Positions 46,804 through 56,789 of a stretch of DNA of 64,000 bases are shown piece after piece. A program made the position numbers and the translations under genes. The notes under the pieces were generated by a model. That model searched no databases. It saw only the letters and a program-made list of their open reading frames with translations, and had not been told where the DNA came from. Within the stretch, counting starts at the first letter, position 1. Each line of letters opens with the position of its first letter. This DNA is from Pseudomonadota bacterium (GTDB lineage: Bacteria > Pseudomonadota > Gammaproteobacteria > Ga0077536): the NCBI GenBank assembly GCA_043782755.1, contig JAYWAC010000240.1, positions 591-64,590 of the forward strand, in the 5' to 3' direction.

Positions 46804-47871
46804 TCAGCCAATGCGCAACAGCGCGCGTTGCAACAGATGGATGGCATGTCTATGCAGACGTTCACCGGTGGCTAGCGGTGCCTGGCCGGCACAGGCGCGG
46901 GCATGGGTGCCTTCGATGATGATGGCAAGCTTGTAGCAGGCGAGTACAAGGTACCAATCGATAGCGCTGACATCGCGGCTGCTGCCTTGAGCGTAACGCG
47001 CAACCAGTTCTGACGCCGTCGGAAAACCCTCCCAGGGCTCGACCACCAGGCCATCGAGTTCATTGCCGTCGTCACCGCGCCAGGTGGCGAGCACCCAACC
47101 GAGATCGAGCAGCGGGTCGCCTATCGTCGAGAGTTCCCAGTCGATGATCGCGGCGAGCTTGGCGCTGTCGGTCTCGAACATGACGTTGGCCAAATGATAG
47201 TCGCCATGGATGATGCCGGGCTGGTATGACGAGGGACGATGAGCGTCGAGGAAACGCGCGATGCGTTCGACGTCCGGCAGGCCGCCAGCGCCCGGCCATC
47301 CCGCATATTTTTCATAGCTCGCCAGCTGGCCGCGCCAACGTTCGACCTGACGTTCGAGATAGTTCTCGGCCTTGCCGAAGTCCTCAAGACCGACTGCGCG
47401 GTAATCGACGCGGCCGAGGGCGGCAATCGCGTCAATCAGGGCGAAACCCATGTCGCGACGGAGAGCGGGTGAGCCGCGATGGAGTTCGGGCAGAGCGACT
47501 GTCGCGTTGAAACCATCGACCGCTTCCATGAGGTAGAAAGCCACACCCAACACCGAGTCATCGCTACAGGCGGCGATCAGACGTGGATGCGGTACTTCGC
47601 TGTCGGCCAATGCACCCAGCACCCGCGCTTCACGACGCATGGTGTCGTTGCTGGTCGCCATCGGCACCGCCGGCGGTCGACGCAAGACAAAGGGACGCCC
47701 CCCCTTGATGAAGCGGAACAGCAGGTTCTGCGTGCCACCCGCCAGTCGCGTGACTGCCGTAATGGGCGCGCTACTGAAGCCCTGCGCCACCATCCAGGTC
47801 GATAGACGCGCAGCGTCGATATGACCTTGCCAGGGATCATCATCGACATTGGCTTCGTGAGGCGTTTGCAT
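46804..47871 (-). CDS. phosphotransferase (APH/choline-kinase-like) family protein
   Basis: 355 aa. Brenner motif IIHGDYHLANV and IIDWELS. Confidence 0.8.
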   Translation of the reverse strand: MQTPHEANVDDDPWQGHIDAARLSTWMVAQGFSSAPITAVTRLAGGTQNLLFRFIKGGRPFVLRRPPAVPMATSNDTMRREARVLGALADSEVPHPRLIAACSDDSVLGVAFYLMEAVDGFNATVALPELHRGSPALRRDMGFALIDAIAALGRVDYRAVGLEDFGKAENYLERQVERWRGQLASYEKYAGWPGAGGLPDVERIARFLDAHRPSSYQPGIIHGDYHLANVMFETDSAKLAAIIDWELSTIGDPLLDLGWVLATWRGDDGNELDGLVVEPWEGFPTASELVARYAQGSSRDVSAIDWYLVLACYKLAIIIEGTHARACAGQAPLATGERLHRHAIHLLQRALLRIG

Positions 47872-47888
47872 GGTGCGGATACGCGCCG

Positions 47889-48989
47889 TCAGGCAACTTT
47901 GACGTTGCGCAACGCGGCCGGCACCACCGGTGGCTTGCCCTTGAAGCGCGGCATCACTTCGTTGGCGAACAGCCGCATCGAGTCACGTACATGTTTGTCA
48001 TCCAATCCACCGACCTGCATCCACAGAATGACTTCCTGCTGCCCCATGTCGTTGCGTACCTCATCCATGCGTTGCGCGGCGAATTCCGGCGTACCAAGAA
48101 TGAGATTGCCAATCTCGTTCAAGGTCTCGACCGGAAAGCCGCCTGCTTCGTGATAGGCGTCCGCCGCGGCCGCGAAAGCTTCATAGGACTTCGGTGACTT
48201 CGCGCCCTGCGGTACCAAGGACAGCAGGGTATCGAAATACCACTTCAAGGCGCTGGCCGAACGCTGCTTGCCTTCGGCGAAGCTGTTCGCGACATGGGTG
48301 ATCCACAGCAAGGGAAAATCGAGGCTCTCGGCGGCATGACCGTTCTGCATGAGTTTGCGTTTGGCCTCCAGGCAGAAGGACTTCAACTCGGCGAGCGGCA
48401 TCAAGGTTGCGGCCTGAATGATGTTGAGATTCTTGGCCGCGACCATGCCGAAAGTCTCAGGACTGATGGCGGCAACATGAATAGGCACGGGCTTTTGTAG
48501 CGGCTGCGGATGGCATTCCACTTCTTCGAGTTGCCAATGCTTGCCCTGATAAGAGAACTTCTCGTTGTTCCACAGGCCGAGCACAATATCGAGAGATTCC
48601 TGAAACAGTTCGCGACTGTGATCCTGTCTATCGGCCAGCCCCATGTTCTTGAACTCTAGCGGTTGATAGGCGCGGCCCACGCCGAAATCGAGTCGTCCAT
48701 TGCTGATCACATCGACCATCGCGAAATCTTCCGCCGTGCGCACCGGATTGTCGAAGGGCAGGATAGTGACCGCCGTGCCGATACGCATGGTGGTGGTACG
48801 TTCGGCGATCGCGGCAGCCGCCACCGCCAGGCGTGGCATCGAGCCATACAGGGAGCCGTGGTGCTCGGCCAACCAGACACTCTCGTAGCCGAGTTCCTCG
48901 CCGTACTGAATCTGACCCATCATGCGCGTCCAGGCTTTGCGGTAATCGCCGTCCGGCGCCTCGAGCACGTAGAACAATCCGAACTTCAT
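47889..48989 (-). CDS. LLM-class (luciferase-like) flavin-dependent oxidoreductase
   Basis: Start at MKFGLFYVLE (ATG 48989). Luciferase-like TIM-barrel layout (SVWLAEHH, RLDFGVGRAY). Confidence 0.8.
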   Translation of the reverse strand: MKFGLFYVLEAPDGDYRKAWTRMMGQIQYGEELGYESVWLAEHHGSLYGSMPRLAVAAAAIAERTTTMRIGTAVTILPFDNPVRTAEDFAMVDVISNGRLDFGVGRAYQPLEFKNMGLADRQDHSRELFQESLDIVLGLWNNEKFSYQGKHWQLEEVECHPQPLQKPVPIHVAAISPETFGMVAAKNLNIIQAATLMPLAELKSFCLEAKRKLMQNGHAAESLDFPLLWITHVANSFAEGKQRSASALKWYFDTLLSLVPQGAKSPKSYEAFAAAADAYHEAGGFPVETLNEIGNLILGTPEFAAQRMDEVRNDMGQQEVILWMQVGGLDDKHVRDSMRLFANEVMPRFKGKPPVVPAALRNVKVA

Positions 48990-49259
48990 GATGCGACTTC
49001 CCCGAGTGTATGGTCTGGCGGCGAACCTAGGCTTTTGCGCGATGCCGAGCGTCAGCGTAGCAGTTAGGATGCGATCTGTAGCAGACACTACAAATCGCCG
49101 CAAGCGGCAGCGCCGCTATCCGCAGTGCAATATTTTTTGGCGCTTTGGTGAAGGCGGCGATTCGACTAGATTAGTCAGCGCCTGCCACGGCGTGGCAACG
49201 GTGCACGAGTTCAGCAACCCACAAATCACGTACGGTGTCACCGTGCCAAGGGAGCGTCG

Positions 49260-50024
49260 ATGATCAAACTCGCAGTGTTGTTGAAACGCAAAGCAGGTAT
49301 GTCGTTCGAGCAATTCGATCGTTACTGGGATGGCATCCATGGCGATCTGGTGATCAGCCTGCCGGAGTTCACTCAGCACGTCGCTCGCTACAGTCAGGCG
49401 CACATCATCGATCCCAACTACGGCGGTGAAGGCATGGCCTGGAAGCGTGCCGATTTCGATGGCATCGCCGAGGTGTGGTTCGACAGCACGGCGCACATGA
49501 CACGCGCTTTCAACGAACCGCGTTTCGTCGATGTGGTCGGTCAGGACGATGCGAAGTTCATCGACCCGCAGGCAGTGTCGGTGATGGTGACCGAGGAAAT
49601 CGAGAAGATTCCCTTGAACGGATCACCCAAGGTCAAGCTGTCGGTCGCCATCGGCCGGCGTAAGGGCATGAGCTTCGAACAATTCGATCACTACTGGAAT
49701 CACATCCACGGCGCCATCGTCACCAGTGTGCCGGAGTTCACCCGCCATGTGCGGCGCTACGTGCAATCCCATCTGGTCAGCGACTATAGCGGCACAGGTG
49801 ACGCGAGCAAGCTCAGCACGCAATGGCGCAAGGCGCCTTATGACGGTATCGCCGAACTGTGGTTCGACAGCATCGCCGACATGGTCACCGCCTTCAACGA
49901 ACCGAAATTCATGGAGAAGATCGCGCCGGATGACGAGATGTTCGTCGAGGGTGCGACCACCCAGCTATTCACGTTGAAGGAAATCGAGAAATTTCCACTC
50001 AAACGCCGCATGTACGACGACTGA
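49260..50024 (+). CDS. tandem EthD-domain protein
   Basis: 254 aa made of two homologous halves (KRKAGMSFEQFDRYWDGIHG... and GRRKGMSFEQFDHYWNHIHG...). Each half ends in EIEK(I/F)PL. Confidence 0.7.
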   Translation: MIKLAVLLKRKAGMSFEQFDRYWDGIHGDLVISLPEFTQHVARYSQAHIIDPNYGGEGMAWKRADFDGIAEVWFDSTAHMTRAFNEPRFVDVVGQDDAKFIDPQAVSVMVTEEIEKIPLNGSPKVKLSVAIGRRKGMSFEQFDHYWNHIHGAIVTSVPEFTRHVRRYVQSHLVSDYSGTGDASKLSTQWRKAPYDGIAELWFDSIADMVTAFNEPKFMEKIAPDDEMFVEGATTQLFTLKEIEKFPLKRRMYDD

Positions 50025-50026
50025 CC

Positions 50027-50650
50027 ATGGCGGCGAACGTTCGACAATTGCGGCGCGACAGCGTGCTCGAAGGCGTGGTTGATCACCTGCTCGAGCACGG
50101 TCTTGGCAATGCCAGCCTGCGCTCGTTGGCGGCGGCGGTCGGCACCAGCGATCGCATGCTGCTCTATTACTTCTCAAACAAGGACGAGCTGATGCTGGAG
50201 GCCTTCGCCACCCTCGTGCAGCGTCAGTCGGCCTTGCTGGACAAGATACTGCCGAGCGGGCGGCAGCCCTTCGAGGTGCTGCTGGCGCGGATGTGGCAGA
50301 TCCTGAAAGCGCCCGACTACGAGCCCTATATGCGTATCTGGTACGACGCGCTCGGCCGCGCCTCCCAGGGCGAGGAGCTGTATCGCACGCTCACCAGTCG
50401 CGTCCTGGATCTGTGGTTTGAATGGTTCGAACCCCATTCATCTGCGCCTTCGACGAAACGTCGCGACGAGATTGCGGCGGTGATCGCCACGGCCTGCGGG
50501 CTGGTGATGCTGCGTTATCTCGGGCGGGCGAAGGAAGCAGAGAGCGCGGCGCGCGCACTGTCGGGTGGTAGGACGGCCGCGCGCCAGTCGGCGGCGCTTA
50601 CGGTGAAGTCAGCGCCGCCACGCACATCGCGGCTGCGTACGCAGCGCTAA
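50027..50650 (+). CDS. TetR-family transcriptional regulator
   Basis: 207 aa. N-terminal HTH (GLGNASLRSLAAAVGTSDRMLLYYF). Confidence 0.8.
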   Translation: MAANVRQLRRDSVLEGVVDHLLEHGLGNASLRSLAAAVGTSDRMLLYYFSNKDELMLEAFATLVQRQSALLDKILPSGRQPFEVLLARMWQILKAPDYEPYMRIWYDALGRASQGEELYRTLTSRVLDLWFEWFEPHSSAPSTKRRDEIAAVIATACGLVMLRYLGRAKEAESAARALSGGRTAARQSAALTVKSAPPRTSRLRTQR

Positions 50651-50684
50651 GATCGCTTGAGCGCTCAACGCGCCATCCTGCTTG

Positions 50685-52316
50685 TTAGCGTTGCTCACCC
50701 AGGGCCTGGCGATAGTAGTTGCACAAGCGCGCGCTCACGCGTTGGCGTTTGGCCAGCGTCTCGGCAGCGGCGGCCTGCGCCGCGCTCGCCTGCGCGTCAC
50801 CGAGCTGCCGATAGACCAAGGCCAGTTCATATATCGCACTGACCTGCATGGCATCGTCGTAGGCCGGTGTGGCCAGTGCCTCTTTGAACAAGGCGACAGC
50901 GTCTGCGACATCGCCCTGATCACGCGTCGCGCGGGCCAACAGCAGGCGGCCTTGAAAACTGCGTGCTCGTTCCGGGATACGCTTTTCTACCGCGATAGCC
51001 TGGCCAAAATCGCCGGCGGTCTGATGAGCGAGTGCGAGATTCTCGAGCGCGAAGTGTGAGTCAGGACGGGCGGTGACGGCCCACGAAAACAAGGACACGC
51101 CGTCGTGCCACAGACGCGTGATGCTGAGATTGGTGACGGCCAGCGCGCATAGCCATAGCGCCGTGAGCAGCCACAACCAACGGCGTGTGCGCGGCGCAGG
51201 GTGGTTGATGCCTGGGCCGCTCAAGGCGGTCAGCGTGGCGGCGAAAATGGGAAAATACAGATAACGGTTTTGTACCAGGTCGAGGCGCAATGGCACGAGA
51301 TTGGCGGCGGGTGCGAGCGCCAGCGCCCACACGCTGAAGGGCAGCAGTGCCGGCCAGCGCAGACCGGCGACAGCCAGCACCAGTGCCACCGCGCCGAGGC
51401 CGGCATAGCCATAGACCGCGCCCGGGTCGCTGCCCATCTCATGCAGTGGCGCAAGATTCCACAACGGCAACAGCGTCATCTGCAGATAAGTGCCGAGCGT
51501 GCGCGCAATCAACAGCAGATGCTCGCCAGCGGCGTTGTGGGTTTGCACCTGAAAGGCAGTGTCCTTGACCAGGGGCAGCTGCAAATAGCCGACACGCAGG
51601 GACAGATAGAGGGCACAGCCCGTGAGCAAGGCGGCGCCGTGCCAGCCGGCTTGCGTCGCGATCGCAGGCCTGTCATGCAGGCTCGCACGACGGACCATGC
51701 ATGCCACCAAGAGGGGCCCGACCGCGACATAGGCCAGAGTCGATTCCTTGCAACACAAGGCCGCGAAGAAGGCGAGCGTCACAGCGATGAAGCGTCGCGA
51801 CGGCGATTCGATGCGTGTCGCGGCCAACAGGCTCAGCAACAGAAAGAACGTGTAGAACAGATCGAAGCGGCCGGACACCCACACGACAGGTTCCACCAGT
51901 ATGGGATGGATGGCCAACACCGTGATGGCGAGCGGCAGCAGCAAAGCTGGTCTTGCGCTATGTGTGCGCCGCGCAAGCGCGATCACCAGCCACAGGTTCA
52001 GCAAATGCAGGGCGAGATTCAAGCCATGCAGGAAGACCGGGCTCTGACTGACGGCGAGTTGCAGGGTCAAGACTGCGGCCACCAGCGGCCGATAATAAGA
52101 GACCAGGGTATGGTCGGTGAGATTGGTCTTCAGCAGCGAGAGCAAGTCATGGCGGCGGAATTCGTTCACCCAGATCTGATCGTCCCACACCAACTCGAAG
52201 CCGAGCGCGGCGCCATAGAACACCGCAACCAGTACGCCGGCGAGCAGCGCACAGCCCCACGCGCTGGTGAAGAACACCTCGTGAGCAGCAGTTTTCTCTG
52301 ACGACATGGAAGGCAA
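50685..52316 (-). CDS. polytopic membrane protein with C-terminal TPR repeats (TMTC/PMT-like)
   Basis: 543 aa. N-terminal multi-TM region with a DD motif (VWDDQIW, YYRPL), then TPR-like helices (ALENLALAHQTAGDFGQAIAV...). Confidence 0.65.
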   Translation of the reverse strand: MPSMSSEKTAAHEVFFTSAWGCALLAGVLVAVFYGAALGFELVWDDQIWVNEFRRHDLLSLLKTNLTDHTLVSYYRPLVAAVLTLQLAVSQSPVFLHGLNLALHLLNLWLVIALARRTHSARPALLLPLAITVLAIHPILVEPVVWVSGRFDLFYTFFLLLSLLAATRIESPSRRFIAVTLAFFAALCCKESTLAYVAVGPLLVACMVRRASLHDRPAIATQAGWHGAALLTGCALYLSLRVGYLQLPLVKDTAFQVQTHNAAGEHLLLIARTLGTYLQMTLLPLWNLAPLHEMGSDPGAVYGYAGLGAVALVLAVAGLRWPALLPFSVWALALAPAANLVPLRLDLVQNRYLYFPIFAATLTALSGPGINHPAPRTRRWLWLLTALWLCALAVTNLSITRLWHDGVSLFSWAVTARPDSHFALENLALAHQTAGDFGQAIAVEKRIPERARSFQGRLLLARATRDQGDVADAVALFKEALATPAYDDAMQVSAIYELALVYRQLGDAQASAAQAAAAETLAKRQRVSARLCNYYRQALGEQR

Positions 52317-52370
52317 TAGCGTGCCGAAAGACGATGCCTTAAGTGACAGATGGTCGAGCGCGATAGCGCG

Positions 52371-53576
52371 CTAGATCACTTGCAGCGGCAGGGATTTCAA
52401 ACCGACCAGACGATTGTTCGGCATCCACTGCGGTACGCCGTCCGGTCGGAAATTCAAATCCGAACGTAACAACTCCTCGAACACCACGCGCAGTTCCAGC
52501 CGCGCCAGCGACGAGCCCAGACAGAAATGCACGCCCGCACCAAAGCCGAGATGCTTGTTCGGGTTGCGCGCGATGTCGAATTCAAAGGGACGCTCGAACA
52601 CCCGCTCGTCACGATTGGCCGACATTTCCCAGAAGGTCACCTTGTCGCCCTCGCGAATGCGCTTGCCTGAATGTTGTAGGTCGCGGGTCGCGGTGCGGCG
52701 CTTGTAACAGGAGGGCGTGGTCCAGCGCACGATCTCTTCGACCGTGGTCTTGAGCAGGTTTGGCTCGGCGCGCAGCCGCGCGTAAGCATCGGGTCGTTCG
52801 ATGAGCGCCAGCAGGCCGCCGCTGATAGAGCGCGTGGTGGTTTCGGCGCCAGCCGGGAACAACAGGCCGAAGAAGGAACGCAGTTCATGATCCGAGAGCG
52901 TTGAACCATCGGCCTCGAAGCGCGCGTGGACTATGGTGGAGAAGATGTCGTTCTGCGCTTGTGCGCGCTTGGCTTCGATCAAGCCTTGCGCATAGCGCCT
53001 GACCTTGCGCACGTATTCCTCGGCGATGACCTCATCGGAGGGTGCGGCGATGCCCTGGTCTATCCAGTCGGCGAGCATCAGGCGATCCTCTTCCGGCACA
53101 CCGAGCACGATGCAGATGGCCTGGGTCGGAATCTCACGCGCGACCTTGAGCGCGAAGTCGATGTGCTCGCCGCGTTGCAAACCGCCCAGCAGGGCGCGCG
53201 TGCGGCGGCGCAGTTCGTCTTCCAGCGCAGAGATGGCCTTGACGCTGAAGCCTTCGTTGACGATCGCGCGCAGCCGCTTGTGCAGCGGATCGTCAGTCTG
53301 GTTCATGACCCTACCGGCCGACACTTCGTCCTTGATGGTGGTGCCGCCAGCGGTGCGCGTGCCGCCCTTGTCGGAAGAGAAGGCCTGCGGGTCCATGATC
53401 ACGCTATCGACGTCGGCATAACGACTCACCACCCAGAAGCCCTCGCCATCGGGTGTGATGGCCGTAGGCTCGTGCCAGTACAAGGGCTCGTGGGCGCGCA
53501 ACCAGGTGAAGAACGCGTGGGGAAAACCTTGGGCGAAGGTCTGACTATCGGAGAGATCGAGGAACGGCGTATCCAT
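52371..53576 (-). CDS. cytochrome P450
   Basis: Start at MDTPFLD (ATG 53576). I-helix AGAETT, ExxR (EEIVRW) and heme loop FGAGVHFCLGSSLA. Confidence 0.9.
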   Translation of the reverse strand: MDTPFLDLSDSQTFAQGFPHAFFTWLRAHEPLYWHEPTAITPDGEGFWVVSRYADVDSVIMDPQAFSSDKGGTRTAGGTTIKDEVSAGRVMNQTDDPLHKRLRAIVNEGFSVKAISALEDELRRRTRALLGGLQRGEHIDFALKVAREIPTQAICIVLGVPEEDRLMLADWIDQGIAAPSDEVIAEEYVRKVRRYAQGLIEAKRAQAQNDIFSTIVHARFEADGSTLSDHELRSFFGLLFPAGAETTTRSISGGLLALIERPDAYARLRAEPNLLKTTVEEIVRWTTPSCYKRRTATRDLQHSGKRIREGDKVTFWEMSANRDERVFERPFEFDIARNPNKHLGFGAGVHFCLGSSLARLELRVVFEELLRSDLNFRPDGVPQWMPNNRLVGLKSLPLQVI

Positions 53577-53787
53577 GGATATGACTCTGGTGTTGAACGT
53601 CGAACCCATCATGCATCGACGCTGCACGCACGACCATTGATCGTCGCGCGCAATAAGCGCGTGCCGCACACGGGCTCACGATTAGAGCACCGCCTATCGG
53701 GCAATTCCAGCGCAGGGCAGGGCGGTTATACTCGGACTGCAACACAGGACCTACCACGGTCTTGCGTGTTATCTGAAGGAGATTGCG

Positions 53788-55425
53788 ATGTCCAGTACGA
53801 GTCCCGCGTCGTCCGTGCCAGCGACCGAAGCCGAGGAAGTCTTTGACGCGGTCATCATCGGTGCTGGCATCTGTGGCATGTATCAACTTCATCGTCTGCG
53901 CGAGCTGGGATTGTCAGTGCGGGTGTTCGAAGCCGGTGCCGGTGTGGGTGGCACCTGGTATTGGAATCGTTACCCGGGTGCGCGTTTCGATTCGGAGTCC
54001 TATACCTATGGCTACTCGTTTTCCAAAGCGCTCATGCACGAATGGGATTGGAGCGAGCATTTCTCGGCCCAGCCCGAGACGCTGCGCTATCTGGAATTCG
54101 CCGCCAGCAAGTTCGATCTCAATAAGGACATCCGTTTCACCGCGCGGGTGAAATCGGCGCACTACGATGCCGAGCGCAATGTCTGGAAGATAGTTACCGA
54201 GCACGGCGAACAGGTCGAGGCCCAATATCTGATCACGGCGGTCGGTGTCTTGTCCGCGCCCTATACGCCGAGCATCCCCGGCCGCGAAGATTTTCAGGGC
54301 GAGATCTGGCATACCGCGCAATGGCCTCATCACCCGGTTGATCTCAGCCACAAGCGCGTGGGCGTGATCGGCTCCGGTGCGACGGCAGTGCAGCTCATCA
54401 CCGAAGTGGCCAAGAACGTCGGTCATCTGACCGTCTTCCAGCGCACCGCGAACTACTGTATCCCGCTCAATAATCGCGCCATCGCAGCCGCAGAGCAGGC
54501 CGCGCTCAAGGCGCGCTATGCCGATATGTTCGCGCGCTGCCGCGAGACTTATGCGGCCTTCATCCATGATTTCGATCCGCGCTCGGCCTTCGATGTCTCC
54601 GCCGCCGAACGCGAAGTCATCTATGAGCAGTTGTGGAAGGAGCCGGGCTTCGGCTTCTGGCTGGGCAATTTCCACGACATCATGACCAACGAACAGGCCA
54701 ACGAAACCATCGCCGAATTCGTGCGCAAAAAAATACGTGAGCGAGTGCATGACCCGCTCACGGCGGAAATGCTCACGCCACGCGACCATTGTTTCGGCAC
54801 CAAGCGCGTGCCCCTCGAGAGCGGTTACTACGAGGCTTATAACCGTGCCAATGTCGAGCTGGTCTCGCTACGCGACACGCCTATCGAAAGCATCACGGCC
54901 AAGGGCATCAAGACTGCCGCCCGTGAATACGAATTTGACATCATCATCTTTGCCACCGGCTTCGATGCCGTGACCGGCGCCTTGACACGCATCGACATTC
55001 GCGGCGAGCACGGTATCGCGCTCAAGGACAAATGGCAGGACGGGCCACGTACCTATCTCGGTCTGCAGATCGCCGGTTTCCCCAATCTCTTCACCGTGGT
55101 CGGCGCACACAATGCCGCCAACTTCTGCAATGTGCCGCGCTGCGGTGAACAGAATGTCGAATGGGTGACGGATTGCATCCGTCATATGCGCGATAGCGGC
55201 CTCAAGCGCATCGCGGCGACGGTGGCAGCGGAAGAAGCCTGGCGTGATCACTGCGAACAAGTGGTAGCTCACACCTTGTTCTTGAAAACAGACTCATGGT
55301 TCATGGGCGCCAATATCCCGGGCAAGAAACGCATGTTTCTCGGTTATGGCGGCGGTCTGCCTCGTTACCGCGAGAAATGCGCGGAAGTGGCCGCGCGGGG
55401 TTATGACGGCTTCATTCTGGAATGA
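53788..55425 (+). CDS. Baeyer-Villiger (type I flavin-containing) monooxygenase
   Basis: 545 aa with AAGGAG RBS. GAGICG, GGTWYWNRYPGARFDSES, BVMO fingerprint FQGEIWHTAQWP and a second Rossmann GVIGSGATAVQ. Confidence 0.9.
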   Translation: MSSTSPASSVPATEAEEVFDAVIIGAGICGMYQLHRLRELGLSVRVFEAGAGVGGTWYWNRYPGARFDSESYTYGYSFSKALMHEWDWSEHFSAQPETLRYLEFAASKFDLNKDIRFTARVKSAHYDAERNVWKIVTEHGEQVEAQYLITAVGVLSAPYTPSIPGREDFQGEIWHTAQWPHHPVDLSHKRVGVIGSGATAVQLITEVAKNVGHLTVFQRTANYCIPLNNRAIAAAEQAALKARYADMFARCRETYAAFIHDFDPRSAFDVSAAEREVIYEQLWKEPGFGFWLGNFHDIMTNEQANETIAEFVRKKIRERVHDPLTAEMLTPRDHCFGTKRVPLESGYYEAYNRANVELVSLRDTPIESITAKGIKTAAREYEFDIIIFATGFDAVTGALTRIDIRGEHGIALKDKWQDGPRTYLGLQIAGFPNLFTVVGAHNAANFCNVPRCGEQNVEWVTDCIRHMRDSGLKRIAATVAAEEAWRDHCEQVVAHTLFLKTDSWFMGANIPGKKRMFLGYGGGLPRYREKCAEVAARGYDGFILE

Positions 55426-55448
55426 TGGTTCGAGGGGAGTAGTACGGC

Positions 55449-56360
55449 ATGGGCGAAACAGGATTCATAGGCACCGGCACCATCGGCAGTCCGATGGCCA
55501 TGCGCATCATCGATGCCGGCCATCGATTGCAGGTCTTCGATCTGAATGTCGAGGCGACCCGTGCCCACCAAGACAAGGGCGCGTCACGCGCCGCCTCGCT
55601 GCAGGCACTCGCCGCGACTTGCTCGATCATCTTGCTGTCGCTGCCCGGTCCCAAGCAGATAGAACAGGTCATGCTCGGTGCCGATGGCGTGCTTGCCCAC
55701 GCCGCGCGTGGCACGACGATAGTCGATCTCTCGACCAATGCCATTGCGCTCAACCGTCGCATCGCCGCCGAGGCTGCATCACGCGGCATGCATTATCTCG
55801 ACGCGCCGGTGTCCGGCGGCCGGGTCGGTGCGATCGCCGGCAAGCTGGCGGTGATGGTGGGCGGTGACCGTGCAGCCTTCGACGCGGTGCGCGATCTCAT
55901 CGCCTGCTTTGGCGAGAACATCTTCTATCTGGGCGAGGCCGGTGCCGGCACGCTCACCAAGCTCATCAACAATCAGATCTTTCTCGCCGCCAGTGTGTTG
56001 GTGCAGGAAGGTTTCGTGATGGGCGCCAAGGCCGGCATGGATCCGGCGACGGTGCTTGATGTGTTGAAAGTCAGCTCGGCCGGCTCGGTGGTCGGGCGCG
56101 CCGGCCTGTTTCTATCGCGCAAGTTCGAATCTGACATCTTCGCCCTGTCGATTGCGAGCAAGGACATCGATGTCGCGCTGGCGTCGGCGCAAGACCTCGG
56201 GGTCGAGATGCCGATGACGACGGCGGCGGCGGCGGTCTATCACCGCGCTCTTGCCGAGGGTCTCGGCGCGCAGGATTTCTACGCGACGGTCAAGGTGCTG
56301 GAAGCGACCGCCGGCGTCAGCGTGCCGGCCTTGCATAAGCCGGTCAGCGTCAAGTCCTGA
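55449..56360 (+). CDS. NAD(P)-dependent 3-hydroxyisobutyrate / 6-phosphogluconate dehydrogenase-family oxidoreductase
   Basis: 303 aa with GFIGTGTIGSPMA Rossmann, DAPVSGG and KLINNQ. Confidence 0.85.
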   Translation: MGETGFIGTGTIGSPMAMRIIDAGHRLQVFDLNVEATRAHQDKGASRAASLQALAATCSIILLSLPGPKQIEQVMLGADGVLAHAARGTTIVDLSTNAIALNRRIAAEAASRGMHYLDAPVSGGRVGAIAGKLAVMVGGDRAAFDAVRDLIACFGENIFYLGEAGAGTLTKLINNQIFLAASVLVQEGFVMGAKAGMDPATVLDVLKVSSAGSVVGRAGLFLSRKFESDIFALSIASKDIDVALASAQDLGVEMPMTTAAAAVYHRALAEGLGAQDFYATVKVLEATAGVSVPALHKPVSVKS

Positions 56361-56368
56361 CGCATTTG

Positions 56369-56746
56369 TTATTTATCCTCGATGGGCGGTTTGCGCGGCG
56401 CATAAACCTCTTCGACTTTGCGCAAGCCCGCCACGCCGGTCGGCCAACCGCCGTAGTGGGCAAGATGCAGCATCATCTCTTCGACTTTCTCGCGTGGAAT
56501 GCCGATGTTCTTCGCGCCATGCAGATGGGTCTTCAATTCCTGCTCACGCCCTAGTACGGTCAAGGCCGCGATGGTGATCATGGAACGTTCTGCGAGTTCG
56601 AGACCCGGCCGACTCCAGATATCGCCGAACAGATTGCCGACCGTGACCTGCATGAAATCGCTGCTGATGGCGGCCTCATCGAGGGTGCGGCCGAACAGGC
56701 GTTGCATGACATTCTTGCCTTTCTCGATACGGGTGCTGTCGGTCAT
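56369..56746 (-). CDS. carboxymuconolactone decarboxylase (AhpD-like) family protein
   Basis: 125 aa with CMD-family layout (FGDIWSRPGLELAERSMITIAAL...HLHGA). Confidence 0.75.
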   Translation of the reverse strand: MTDSTRIEKGKNVMQRLFGRTLDEAAISSDFMQVTVGNLFGDIWSRPGLELAERSMITIAALTVLGREQELKTHLHGAKNIGIPREKVEEMMLHLAHYGGWPTGVAGLRKVEEVYAPRKPPIEDK

Positions 56747-56789
56747 GGGGTGCTCCTTGTGAGCGATGGTCGATGTTTAAGAGGTGTGG

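Noticed and set aside
51201-52301. 366-aa plus-strand ORF opposite the TPR membrane protein
   Set aside because: It is antisense to a coherent polytopic membrane and TPR protein. Its translation is Gln/Arg/Gly-rich and featureless.
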